A DNA stretch of 64,000 nucleotides, from positions 4,781-68,780 of the forward strand of contig DYRQ01000002.1 in assembly GCA_020718645.1 (NCBI GenBank), read 5' to 3'. This stretch comes from Verrucomicrobium spinosum. GTDB taxonomy: Bacteria; Verrucomicrobiota; Verrucomicrobiia; JADLBR01; JAIBCM01. This document shows positions 8,936 to 17,525 of the stretch, piece after piece. Each line of letters begins with the position of its first letter. Positions within the stretch are counted from its first letter, which is position 1. Position numbers and translations under genes: made by a program. The notes beneath the pieces were generated by a model, which saw only the letters and a program-made list of their open reading frames with translations, was not told where the DNA came from and ran no database searches.

Positions 8936-10615
8936 TCAGTGTTCTAGTAGTGGTTGTATATCAGTGGCTCGGAGGATGCCCGAGCCGAGGAGCACGGCGC
9001 AGCGTTGGATGGCGTTGCGCAGTTCGCGGACATTGCCGGGCCAAGGGTGTGACTGGAGCAAGCGCAGGGCGGGCTCATCGAAATCCATAGCCCCAAGACC
9101 GTTTTCCATGCAGAAGGCTTCGAGGAAATGTCTGGCCAACGAGGGGATGTCCTCCGCGTGTTCTCTCAGGGGTGGTATATCTAGGGTCAGGACATTCAGG
9201 CGGTGAAAGAGATCTTCGCGGAAAACTTTTTCACGGATCATCTGTTTGAGATCGCGGTGAGTAGCAGCGATGACGCGGACATCCACCCGCTCCGCACCCG
9301 AGCCGCCGAGGGGTTCGATCTCGCGGTTTTCCAGCACGCGCAACAGTTTGGGTTGCACCTGCACGGGCAGTTCACCGATTTCGTCGAGGAAGATGGTGCC
9401 CCCATCGGCTTGGGCAAACTTGCCGCGCCGCGATTCCTTGGCATCGGTGAAGGCACCTTTTTTGTGGCCGAAAAGTTCGCTCTCGATGAGGGAGTCGGGA
9501 ATGGCGCCGCAGTTGACACGCACAAAAGGTTTACTCGCCCGCGCACTGGCCGCATGCAGGCAGTGGGCCACGACCTCTTTCCCGCTGCCAGTCTCGCCGC
9601 GCACGAGCACGGTGACATTGGAGGCAGCCGCTTTGGCGACGAGCTGGCGGAGGCGTTCCATCGCGGGGCTTCCACCGAGTAACATGGGGAGAGTCCCGGC
9701 GCGAGCTTGCAAGGCGCGGTTCTGTTCGCGCAACACGGCATGGTCGTGGGCGCGGTTGCTGCCTTTGGCCCAAAGCTGGGCGATGGCCTGGAGCAGCACG
9801 CGGTCTTCGCGGCAGAAATCCGACCACTCCGCAGGGCGGATGATGACCACAAACGGCGGTGGCTCTTGGGCACTGGTGCCAGTTTTCACAGGAGCAGCGA
9901 GGTAGTTGAAACGCCCGACTTTTTGTTGGTGTCGGGCTATCTCGGCACCGGGCACGATAGCGGCTTCCTGCAAGGATTGAAACCGGGTCGCGAGGAAGTC
10001 AGCCAGTTTGACCGTGGGCTGATTGGGCTCGGCAGAGGAGCGGCAGAGGAGGCGGAGGTCCGGCGAATAAAGTTGAGCTTCGGCGGCACCGTAAGTCTCG
10101 CGCAACAGATCGGCCATGCGCTGGGCCAGCACCGTATCGTCGTCGCATTCAGCCAGCCAATAAGCGGCATGATACATCGCCGAGAGGTGGCGTTCCTCCC
10201 GCTGCTCAGGCAACCGGATCCCACCCCGCACCGTCTGTTCGAAATCCACCGGATTTGCGGCGGGATCGGGCAGTGTTGAGGGCTGTTTTGGAACAGGTAT
10301 TCCCGCACCGCAGACGAGCACGAAAACAAAGATACCCACCTCGACCTCATCCCCCTCGTGCAGGGTGGCGTGATGCCGTGGCACGCCGTTGACTTTAATT
10401 CCATTGCGGCTGTTGACATCGCAGACGGTGACCGTGTTGCCGGCGCACTGGACGCGGGCGTGGGTGCGAGAGACGGAAGCGTCGGGCAGGGTGATGTGGC
10501 AGGAGTCGTCACGCCCGATCATGGTGTCCCCCTCGGATATTGGAATCAGGGAACCTCTCTGGCCGTTTTTTACAAAGGCCAAGCTCCAATGTTTCGGTGT
10601 GGCGCGGGGGGGCAT
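8936..10615 (-). CDS. Sigma-54-dependent activator (AAA+). It has an N-terminal FHA domain and a GAF-like middle domain, and apparently no C-terminal HTH.
   Basis: The FHA domain is IGRDDSCHITLPDASVSRTHARV...NSRNGIKVNG. The sigma54 AAA+ domain shows GETGSGKE and an ESELFGHKKGAFTDA-type GAFTGA motif. The ORF stops about 22 aa after the AAA domain ends (NVRELRNAIQRCAVLLGSGILRATDIQPLLEH*). Confidence 0.85.
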   Translation of the reverse strand: MPPRATPKHWSLAFVKNGQRGSLIPISEGDTMIGRDDSCHITLPDASVSRTHARVQCAGNTVTVCDVNSRNGIKVNGVPRHHATLHEGDEVEVGIFVFVLVCGAGIPVPKQPSTLPDPAANPVDFEQTVRGGIRLPEQREERHLSAMYHAAYWLAECDDDTVLAQRMADLLRETYGAAEAQLYSPDLRLLCRSSAEPNQPTVKLADFLATRFQSLQEAAIVPGAEIARHQQKVGRFNYLAAPVKTGTSAQEPPPFVVIIRPAEWSDFCREDRVLLQAIAQLWAKGSNRAHDHAVLREQNRALQARAGTLPMLLGGSPAMERLRQLVAKAAASNVTVLVRGETGSGKEVVAHCLHAASARASKPFVRVNCGAIPDSLIESELFGHKKGAFTDAKESRRGKFAQADGGTIFLDEIGELPVQVQPKLLRVLENREIEPLGGSGAERVDVRVIAATHRDLKQMIREKVFREDLFHRLNVLTLDIPPLREHAEDIPSLARHFLEAFCMENGLGAMDFDEPALRLLQSHPWPGNVRELRNAIQRCAVLLGSGILRATDIQPLLEH

Positions 10616-10620
10616 CGGCG

Positions 10621-11400
10621 TTATTTTTCCCGAGGGTAGAGGATTTTATTCGCCGGAACACCACATTTCTGCGCGGACTCTAGCGGGGAGTCCGTGATGA
10701 CAGAACCGACCTTGTTCCACGCGCAGAGGTGGTGGGCGGTTGTGGTCCCGATTTTTGTGGCATCGATCAGGAAGATAGATTCCTCGGCGCGGGACATAAC
10801 AGCGCGTTGAAAGGAGACCACCTCGGGGCGAGTGTTCCACAATCCCTTGCGGGTTGCTCCCTCAGCACTGAGAAAAGCACGGGTAAATGACCAGAGTTTG
10901 GCAGCGCGGCAGGCGCTCTCACCCAAGAGGAGAGACTGGGAGGGGAGGAGTTCCCCACCGATCAAGCAGATGCGGATACCGTCCAGCCCCGAGAGAGTTT
11001 CAGCCACTGGCAGATTATTGGTCACGACGGTGAGCGATTGGAAAAGGGAATCGCGCACGGCTTCGGCCAAGGCATGGACGGTGGTGCCGCTGTCGAAGTA
11101 GCAGATGGAGCCATCGGGCACGAGTGCGAGAGAGGTGCGGGCGATCTCACGCTTGGCCGCCGCCGCGTGGCGGAGGCGTTCGCGAAAAGGAGGGAAGCGA
11201 GAGTCGTAATCGGTGAGAGCACCGCCGAAAGTGCGTCGAATGTGGCGGTGTTTCTCGAGGTGGGCGAGGTCGCGGCGGGCAGTTGCTTCCGAAACTCCGA
11301 GCCTGCGGCAGATGTCACGGACAGGCAGGTAACGGTGGCTCGAGAGCAAGGCAGAGAGCTTGGCGCGCCGTTCCTCCACGAGATGGAGAGGAGTTTTCAT
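10621..11400 (-). CDS. DeoR/GlpR-family transcriptional regulator
   Basis: From the internal ATG the protein begins MKTPLHLVEERRAKLSALLSSHRYLPVRDICRRLGVSEATARRDLAHLE (a DeoR HTH), followed by a sugar-phosphate-binding C-terminal domain. The 80-codon upstream extension in the ORF track was rejected. Confidence 0.8.
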   Translation of the reverse strand: MKTPLHLVEERRAKLSALLSSHRYLPVRDICRRLGVSEATARRDLAHLEKHRHIRRTFGGALTDYDSRFPPFRERLRHAAAAKREIARTSLALVPDGSICYFDSGTTVHALAEAVRDSLFQSLTVVTNNLPVAETLSGLDGIRICLIGGELLPSQSLLLGESACRAAKLWSFTRAFLSAEGATRKGLWNTRPEVVSFQRAVMSRAEESIFLIDATKIGTTTAHHLCAWNKVGSVITDSPLESAQKCGVPANKILYPREK

Positions 11401-11416
11401 TGCGCCACGAAGTGTA

Positions 11417-11956
11417 TCACTCGCTGAGTTTGATGGCACCCTTGGGCAGTGCGGGTGGGTGGGTCGGAGGTATGGGCAAGGGGTTGAGGTGGATATCGGG
11501 ATCTTGGTCGGTGCCGCCTTCGTTTTTCGTTGCACCAAGCAGGGAGTTGAGAGTGTAAGCCGACGGTTTACCGAATGCGGCGGTATCGGAGAGTGGGCGT
11601 TTGAAGCTGATGATCGGGCGGTCTTGGGTCTCCTCATCCAGAATGACGGCGATCGTGGTCTGCTCGTTCGTGATGCGGTGGGTGCAGACCGTAGAGCGTT
11701 CGATGAGGCCGGCTTCCAAAAATTCCTTCAGCGTAGAGAGATTGGCAGGGCCGTAGGAGTTGCCATCCTTCATGAGCGCCATCCAGTGCATCTCTAGCGC
11801 GGGGACCTCGTAGGCTTTGCGCCAGTGGACTCCGTCGTCGCTGAGCTGGTCGAATGGGTTGATCTGTGCGGCTCGCGACCACTGCACGATTTCCTCGAAA
11901 GAACGGTTTTCGTAGAGTTCGCCGCCTTCAGTTTTTTTCAATGTCCACAGGCTCAT
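11417..11956 (-). CDS. Hypothetical protein with tandem GYF-like (DUF4339-type) domains
   Basis: Two segments of about 45 aa show the W...G..GP...L..L...G.I...T.V pattern (HWMALMKDGNSYGPANLSTLKEFLEAGLIERSTV). Confidence 0.4.
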   Translation of the reverse strand: MSLWTLKKTEGGELYENRSFEEIVQWSRAAQINPFDQLSDDGVHWRKAYEVPALEMHWMALMKDGNSYGPANLSTLKEFLEAGLIERSTVCTHRITNEQTTIAVILDEETQDRPIISFKRPLSDTAAFGKPSAYTLNSLLGATKNEGGTDQDPDIHLNPLPIPPTHPPALPKGAIKLSE

Positions 11957-11961
11957 AAGAA

Positions 11962-12579
11962 TTATTTTTTCGGGATGAACAGTTTTTGGCCGACTTTTAG
12001 TTTGCCGTCGGCGGGTAGCTTATTGGATTTGATGATATCTTCGACAGTTACTTTGATGCCTTGGTCACGAAATGCCTTGGCGATCGCGCTCAGGGTTTGA
12101 CCGCTCTCGACCACATGCTCAAAGCCTTTTTCTTGGGCGGGCTTGGCGGCGGGCTTGGCTTCGGATTTTCCTGTGGGCTTGGCTTCGGATTTCTTTTCTG
12201 GAGAGCTTTCTGTTTTCGGTTTGGCGGCAGGTGCGGGAGTCTCTTTTTTAGCAGGGGCTTTGGGCTTGGTGGATTCTTCGACGACTTTGCTGACCTCGTC
12301 TATGATGGCATCACGATCTTTGGCCCTAGCCTGTTGCAGTTCATCGAGGGCTTTGCGGAGCGCTTCGTTTTCCGCCTGGGCAGCAGTGAGGTCTTTGCGG
12401 AGTGCCACGACATCGGTCTGAAGTTTTTCCACAGTGGGCAGGAGCACTTCCATCTGGTCAGCAGCTCGCAGGACTTTTTCTTTGGCGATACGCTCGTCTT
12501 CTCTCTCGGCAGGAGAGAGCGCCAGCGCGCCCATCGGCGCGAGTAGTGCTGTGGCAAGAACGGCTACCCTGAATTTCAT
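11962..12579 (-). CDS. Secreted coiled-coil protein with C-terminal LysM domain
   Basis: It has a signal peptide (MKFRVAVLATALLAPMGALA), an Ala/Lys/Glu-rich coiled coil, a PAKK low-complexity linker and a LysM domain (HVVESGQTLSAIAKAF...LKVGQKLFIP). Confidence 0.7.
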   Translation of the reverse strand: MKFRVAVLATALLAPMGALALSPAEREDERIAKEKVLRAADQMEVLLPTVEKLQTDVVALRKDLTAAQAENEALRKALDELQQARAKDRDAIIDEVSKVVEESTKPKAPAKKETPAPAAKPKTESSPEKKSEAKPTGKSEAKPAAKPAQEKGFEHVVESGQTLSAIAKAFRDQGIKVTVEDIIKSNKLPADGKLKVGQKLFIPKK

Positions 12580-12591
12580 CGTGCTCGCACT

Positions 12592-14856
12592 CTAGGGCAA
12601 GGACTCTCCGCGGGCAAGTTTTTCAAACTCGACTTCGGATAAAACTTGGACGCTGAGCTGGAGGGCTTTGTCGAGCTTGGAGCCAGCTTCTTCTCCCGCT
12701 AACAGGAAGGTGGTTTTTGCGCTCACCGAAGACGCCGTGCGTCCGCCGAGTTGCCGGATTCGCTCTTCAAAAACTCCCCTCGGTTGGCTCAGAGTGCCAG
12801 TGATGACAAAGGATTGCCCATCGAACGGCCTACCCCCACCCTGCCGAGCAGGAGCCATTTCCGAGCACGGGTTGATGCCGAGCACTCGGAGTTTCTCGAG
12901 CAGATTTTTTCCGCGGTCGGATGCGAAAAACGAGAGGATGGCACCTGCTGTGACCGGCCCGATGGCAGTCACAAATTTCCTGACCCTGCCACCGAGCGTG
13001 ACCTCGCGCTCTTCGGCAAGCCCTGCCTGCACGAGATGATCTCCGCAGTCGGCGACTTGCGCGGCAGCTCGCTCAAAGAGAGCCCGGTTGGCGGACGCTT
13101 CTTCTGGTGGGAGCTTTTTGTTGGCGTGCGTGTTGGGGTTCTTTTTTTCTGCGGTAGCAAAGGCTTCGTTCAGCGCGACGATGTCTTGCAAGAGTGGCGA
13201 GTTAGCCACCTCGTCCATGGTGCCATGGCACGCGGCCAGATCGCGGGCGGTGGTTTCGCCGAGTTCCGGTATGGCCAGTGCCGTGAGCCAACGGGAGAGC
13301 GGCGCCGTGCGCGAGCGCTCGAGGGCGTCGAGGACTTTGGATGCGTTTTTTGCGCCGAAAACTCTCGGTTCATCCGGCGTGCCGAGGTTAAGCGAAGCGA
13401 GTTGTTCGAGCTGGAGGGAGAACAGATCGAGGGGTTCGCGGACGAGACCCGACTCCACCAAACTGTCAGCGACTACCCCGCCCAAGCTGGAAATGTCGAG
13501 AGCGGCTCTGCGAGCGAAGTGCTCCAATCGGCGCATACTCTGAGCGGGGCAATGTAGATTGATGCAGCGCCAAACGACAAATTCGGGATCTTTTTCCACG
13601 GTGCCACCGCAGACGGGGCAGCATCCACCGATGTGTTCGAGCAGGTCGAATGGGCGGGTGTCAGACGGTCGTTTTTCGTGGACCACCGAGACCACGGCGG
13701 GGATCACGGATCCGGCTTTTTCGATGATGACCGTATCGCCGATGCGGACATCTTTGCGGCGTATGTCATCCTCGTTATGCAAGGTGGCGCGAGCGATGAC
13801 TGAGCCTGCTAGGGGGACTGGCTCCAGTTCAGCCACGGGAGTCAGCACGCCGGTGCGCCCTACTTGGACTGTGATAGCTTTGAGCACGGTCTCCACTTGG
13901 GGCACCCAGTCGGCTGGTTTGAAGGCGATGGCGTAGCCGGGAGTTTTCAGGGTGGAAGGCAGGCGCTCCCACTGGTCGAGGCGATCCACTTTGACCACGA
14001 GGCCATCCGTCTCGTAAGGCAACGAGGCTTTGGAGTTTTTGAACTCTGCTGCAAAAGAAAGAATCTCCTCGACAGAAGCGCAGCGGCGGCGTGTCCCGAC
14101 TACGGGAAGCCCGAGTTGGGCGAGTTGTTCGACAGCCTCCCAATGGGTCGTGGGAGCGATGCCGTCGCACTCGCCGAGAGCGTAGAAAATAACGCGGAGC
14201 GGACGCTGGACCACAGCGGAGGGGTCGAGGAGTTTCAGCGAACCAGCCGTGCCATTGCGGGCGTTTAAAAAAGGTTTCTCGCCCGCCTCTTCCAGCCTGC
14301 GATTAAATGCCTCGAAATCGGTGTTGTGCATGAGCACTTCCCCCCGGGCCTCGAGCACGGCGGGAGGTATCGTAGTCAGCAGCGAGTGGGGCAGAGAGCG
14401 GATGGTTTTTGCATTCGCCGTGATGTCATCCCCCTCGGTGCCGTCGCCTCGGGTGGCGGCCAGAACTAGCTGCCCATCCTCGTAGCGCACAGAGATCGAG
14501 ACACCGTCGAGTTTTGGTTCTACGACATAGCTGACTTTTTCGCCTCCGAGCCGTTTGCGCACGCGGGCATCGAACAGCCGGAGCTTTTCGGCATCCTCGG
14601 CTTTTTCCAGCGAGAGCATGGGCAGCGCGTGGCGGATGCGGCGAAAGCCTTGGAGCGGTTTGGAGCCGACGCGTTGCGTCGGAGAGGTGGAGCCTTTGAA
14701 CTCCGGATGATCCGTCTCTAGTCGGAGCAGTTCATCGTAGAGGCGGTCGAATTCTTTGTCGGAAATTTCCGGCGTGCCGCCGTCGTAGTAGAGGCGGTTG
14801 TGGCGCTCGATCTCGGCGCACAGCCATGCGTGCCGTTCGGCGTCGGTGGCGTTCAT
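12592..14856 (-). CDS. ligA: NAD-dependent DNA ligase
   Basis: 754 aa. It has the KLDG adenylation motif, OB-fold, a Zn finger (CPVCGG), HhH and a C-terminal BRCT domain. Confidence 0.95.
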   Translation of the reverse strand: MNATDAERHAWLCAEIERHNRLYYDGGTPEISDKEFDRLYDELLRLETDHPEFKGSTSPTQRVGSKPLQGFRRIRHALPMLSLEKAEDAEKLRLFDARVRKRLGGEKVSYVVEPKLDGVSISVRYEDGQLVLAATRGDGTEGDDITANAKTIRSLPHSLLTTIPPAVLEARGEVLMHNTDFEAFNRRLEEAGEKPFLNARNGTAGSLKLLDPSAVVQRPLRVIFYALGECDGIAPTTHWEAVEQLAQLGLPVVGTRRRCASVEEILSFAAEFKNSKASLPYETDGLVVKVDRLDQWERLPSTLKTPGYAIAFKPADWVPQVETVLKAITVQVGRTGVLTPVAELEPVPLAGSVIARATLHNEDDIRRKDVRIGDTVIIEKAGSVIPAVVSVVHEKRPSDTRPFDLLEHIGGCCPVCGGTVEKDPEFVVWRCINLHCPAQSMRRLEHFARRAALDISSLGGVVADSLVESGLVREPLDLFSLQLEQLASLNLGTPDEPRVFGAKNASKVLDALERSRTAPLSRWLTALAIPELGETTARDLAACHGTMDEVANSPLLQDIVALNEAFATAEKKNPNTHANKKLPPEEASANRALFERAAAQVADCGDHLVQAGLAEEREVTLGGRVRKFVTAIGPVTAGAILSFFASDRGKNLLEKLRVLGINPCSEMAPARQGGGRPFDGQSFVITGTLSQPRGVFEERIRQLGGRTASSVSAKTTFLLAGEEAGSKLDKALQLSVQVLSEVEFEKLARGESLP

Positions 14857-15581
14857 GCGAGCTTGAGAAATTTTTTGACCCGCTCGAAATCTTCTGGCGT
14901 ATCCACGCCGATGGAGTCGTGGGTCGTCTCGCGCACGAGGATGCGCACGCCGTTTTCCAACGCGCGGAGTTGTTCCAATTTTTCCGCCTGTTCCAAAGGC
15001 GAGACGGGCAAATGGACGAGTTGCTGCAACACGACGGGGTAGTAGGCGTAGAGGCCGAGATGTTTGAAGTAGCGGACACCTTTGATTTTATCGCGGTTGA
15101 ACGGGATAGCGGCGCGGGAGAAATAGAGGGCCTCCCCGCCTTTGCGCATCACGACTTTGACCACATCCGAAGCATGCGGGTCGAGCGAGTTATCGAGAGG
15201 GACGCAGAGGGTGCCCATGCCGAATTCGGGTCTGCTCTGCAAGACGCGCACGAGGTCGTCTATGTTGCCTGGGTGCATGAGCGGTTCATCACCTTGGATG
15301 TTGACCACCAGATTGCAGGGGCACGAGGCAGCAACTTGCGCGGCGCGGTCGGTGCCGCTCGGGTGGGAGGACTTGGTCATCATGGCCTCACCACCGAATT
15401 TTTTCACTGCTTCCAAGATGCGTTTGTCATCGGTGGCGACGACGACGCGGTCGAGCGATCGCGCTTGTCGGGCGCGTTCCCAGACCCACTGGATGAGCGG
15501 TTTGCCGCCGAGGTTGGCGAGGGGTTTGCCGGGAAAACGGGTGGAATCGTAGCGGGCAGGGATGACGCCGAGAACACTCAT
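14853..15581 (-). CDS. kdsB: 3-deoxy-manno-octulosonate cytidylyltransferase (CMP-Kdo synthetase)
   Basis: The N-terminus IPARYDSTRFPGKPLANLGGKPLIQWVWERA and the overall length are typical of KdsB. Confidence 0.9.
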   Translation of the reverse strand: MSVLGVIPARYDSTRFPGKPLANLGGKPLIQWVWERARQARSLDRVVVATDDKRILEAVKKFGGEAMMTKSSHPSGTDRAAQVAASCPCNLVVNIQGDEPLMHPGNIDDLVRVLQSRPEFGMGTLCVPLDNSLDPHASDVVKVVMRKGGEALYFSRAAIPFNRDKIKGVRYFKHLGLYAYYPVVLQQLVHLPVSPLEQAEKLEQLRALENGVRILVRETTHDSIGVDTPEDFERVKKFLKLA

Positions 15582-16162
15582 GGTTGGGAGAGGATGTAGT
15601 CCGCAGCTTCCTTCAGAGTAGAGGCGGCGAAGTCGGGTGGAGTTTCAGTTTTTGGAAAAATATCGCGGTGCAACCAGAGAGAGCAGCAGCCAGCGCGCTT
15701 GCCGCAGAGGACATCGCATTCCTTGTCGCCGACCATGAAACTGCGCGAGAGATCCACGCCGTATTTATCGCGTATCTGGAGGAGGAGCCCTATCTCGGGC
15801 TTGCGCGTGGTGGAGGGTTGCTCGGGGGCGTCCGGGGAGTAGCAGATTTCAGCCAAGGGCACGGGGAAAAGTTGGCGGGCCATCTCGAGCATCACCGCAT
15901 CCACTTCTTCGCGGGTGGCGAGACCCCGTCCGATAGCGCTCTGGTTGGAGACGATGAAGAGGAGAAAACCGGCGGCGTCGAGCCGTGCCAGTTGTTCTTT
16001 GGCCTCGGGAAAAAGGACGACTTGGGACGCGTCGTTCAGGTAGGGGACATTGACCATCACCGTGTCATCGCGGTCGAGGAAGACTGCTCTCTTGAGATTA
16101 CTCACGGTCAAGAGCCTCCTTGAGTTCTGCGCGGGAGACCGTGGCTGTGCCGATCTTGGCAA
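15578..16162 (-). CDS. gmhB: D-glycero-D-manno-heptose 1,7-bisphosphate phosphatase (HAD-IIIA)
   Basis: It carries the motifs AVFLDRDDTV and FIVSNQSAIGRG. The annotated start overlaps the kinase gene by 65 nt, so the true start may be a downstream TTG or GTG. Confidence 0.8.
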   Translation of the reverse strand: MPRSAQPRSPAQNSRRLLTVSNLKRAVFLDRDDTVMVNVPYLNDASQVVLFPEAKEQLARLDAAGFLLFIVSNQSAIGRGLATREEVDAVMLEMARQLFPVPLAEICYSPDAPEQPSTTRKPEIGLLLQIRDKYGVDLSRSFMVGDKECDVLCGKRAGCCSLWLHRDIFPKTETPPDFAASTLKEAADYILSQP

Positions 16163-17150
16163 CCACTACCCCAGCCGCGTGGTTGGCAATTTCTACAGCG
16201 GAAACCGGGTCTGCCCCGGCGGCGATAGCCAAGGTGTAGGCTGCGATGGTGGTGTCGCCAGCACCCGAGACATCGAACACCTCTATGGCCTTGGTCGGAC
16301 TATGGTAGGCGGGATGATCTCTGCGGAAGAGTTGCATGCCTTGGGCACCGAGAGTGATGAGCAGCATCTGGGCACCCCATTTGTCCAACAGGATGGAACC
16401 GACCTTGTCCATCGCCTCGGGTTCGTCCGAGAGTGCGAGACCCGCAGAAGCAAAAGCCTCCGAGCGGTTAGGCTTGGCTGTATGCGTGCCCGTCCAGAGG
16501 AGGGGGTTGTTCGGGTTGGGATCCACAGTCCAGAATTTTCCGGCACGCTCACACGCAGAACGGACGGCATCCACGACTGGTTGGTTGACCATACCTTTGC
16601 CGTAATCCTCGACGATCACAGCCTCCGCCCAATCTACGGCACCCGGTAAGGATTGGGAAAAAGCAGCGAAATCCTCGGGGCTCAACTTCGCGCGTTTCTC
16701 GCGATCCACCCGGACGATTTGGTGGGGTCTTTCCACGACTTTTGGGCCGGAGCCCATGCCGGCAAATTCCTGTCCCACATGCGCGGGCAGATCGCTGGCG
16801 ATGATGCGTGTCTTGACGATGGTAGGCACGGAGGAGGAGTGCAAGACAAGCGAGGTATCCACGCCGCCACAGTTGAGAAGGCCAAGGAGTTTTGGCGCCT
16901 GTTCGTCGCGGCCAACGCGACCGATGACACGGACATCAGCATCGAGTGCGCGCAAGTTGCGGGCAACATTGGCTGCACCACCCGCGAAGCGTTCTTCGTT
17001 ATGAACATCCACCACGGGCACGGGAGCCTCGGGGGAAATGCGGGTGACTTTGCCCCACACAAATTCATCGAGCATAATGTCGCCGATGACGAGCAGGCGT
17101 TTGCCCACGAATTTTTCCAAGTAAACCTCAGCCTCTTTTGCAAAACTCAC
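16098..17150 (-). CDS. hldA: D-beta-D-heptose 7-phosphate kinase (RfaE domain I / HldA-type PfkB kinase); the adenylyltransferase domain is not fused
   Basis: The motif LLVIGDIMLDEFVWGKVTRISPEAPVPVV identifies the family. The start is assigned to GTG 17150, which has a GGAGGA Shine-Dalgarno 6 nt upstream. The 101-codon upstream ATG extension was rejected. Confidence 0.75.
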   Translation of the reverse strand: MSFAKEAEVYLEKFVGKRLLVIGDIMLDEFVWGKVTRISPEAPVPVVDVHNEERFAGGAANVARNLRALDADVRVIGRVGRDEQAPKLLGLLNCGGVDTSLVLHSSSVPTIVKTRIIASDLPAHVGQEFAGMGSGPKVVERPHQIVRVDREKRAKLSPEDFAAFSQSLPGAVDWAEAVIVEDYGKGMVNQPVVDAVRSACERAGKFWTVDPNPNNPLLWTGTHTAKPNRSEAFASAGLALSDEPEAMDKVGSILLDKWGAQMLLITLGAQGMQLFRRDHPAYHSPTKAIEVFDVSGAGDTTIAAYTLAIAAGADPVSAVEIANHAAGVVVAKIGTATVSRAELKEALDRE

Positions 17151-17525
17151 TCTATGATCCTCCGCGTGTCTCCGTAGTTTTTGCGGAGAACACTTCTGCT
17201 GGCAGTGATGCCGTTTTTCGGGCTTTTCATCAATCCAAATTATGCGATGGGAAAATGGGGGTTGAGGAAGGGATGGAGATCTCCAGTGAGGCTCAGTCAG
17301 GACATTGGTAACACTTTTAAAGGGCGAAGCCATCTGAGAAAGGTGGTGGATGCCCCGGACGCAGTGAGCCAGATGCGCGGAAGGTGGTTTTACGCTGGAG
17401 CCGATGGCGTGCCGAGAGAGATACCGACAGGAGAGGCAACTCTCTAAGTCCAAGCGCAGACAGAAAATACCAGCGCAATATACTTTGATAAATGAACAAC
17501 TAGCGTTATTATTTTCTTTTCTTGG

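Noticed and set aside
9238-10279. ORFs of 159-211 aa in both orientations inside the sigma-54 activator gene
   Set aside because: These are antisense or out-of-frame artefacts of the GC-rich gene. Their composition is low-complexity Ala/Arg/Pro/Ser.
17151-17453. 101-codon upstream extension of the heptose-kinase ORF (ATG at 17453)
   Set aside because: The extension is not similar to HldE/RfaE N-termini. The GTG at 17150 with a GGAGGA Shine-Dalgarno gives a canonical spacing before the conserved LLVIGD motif.
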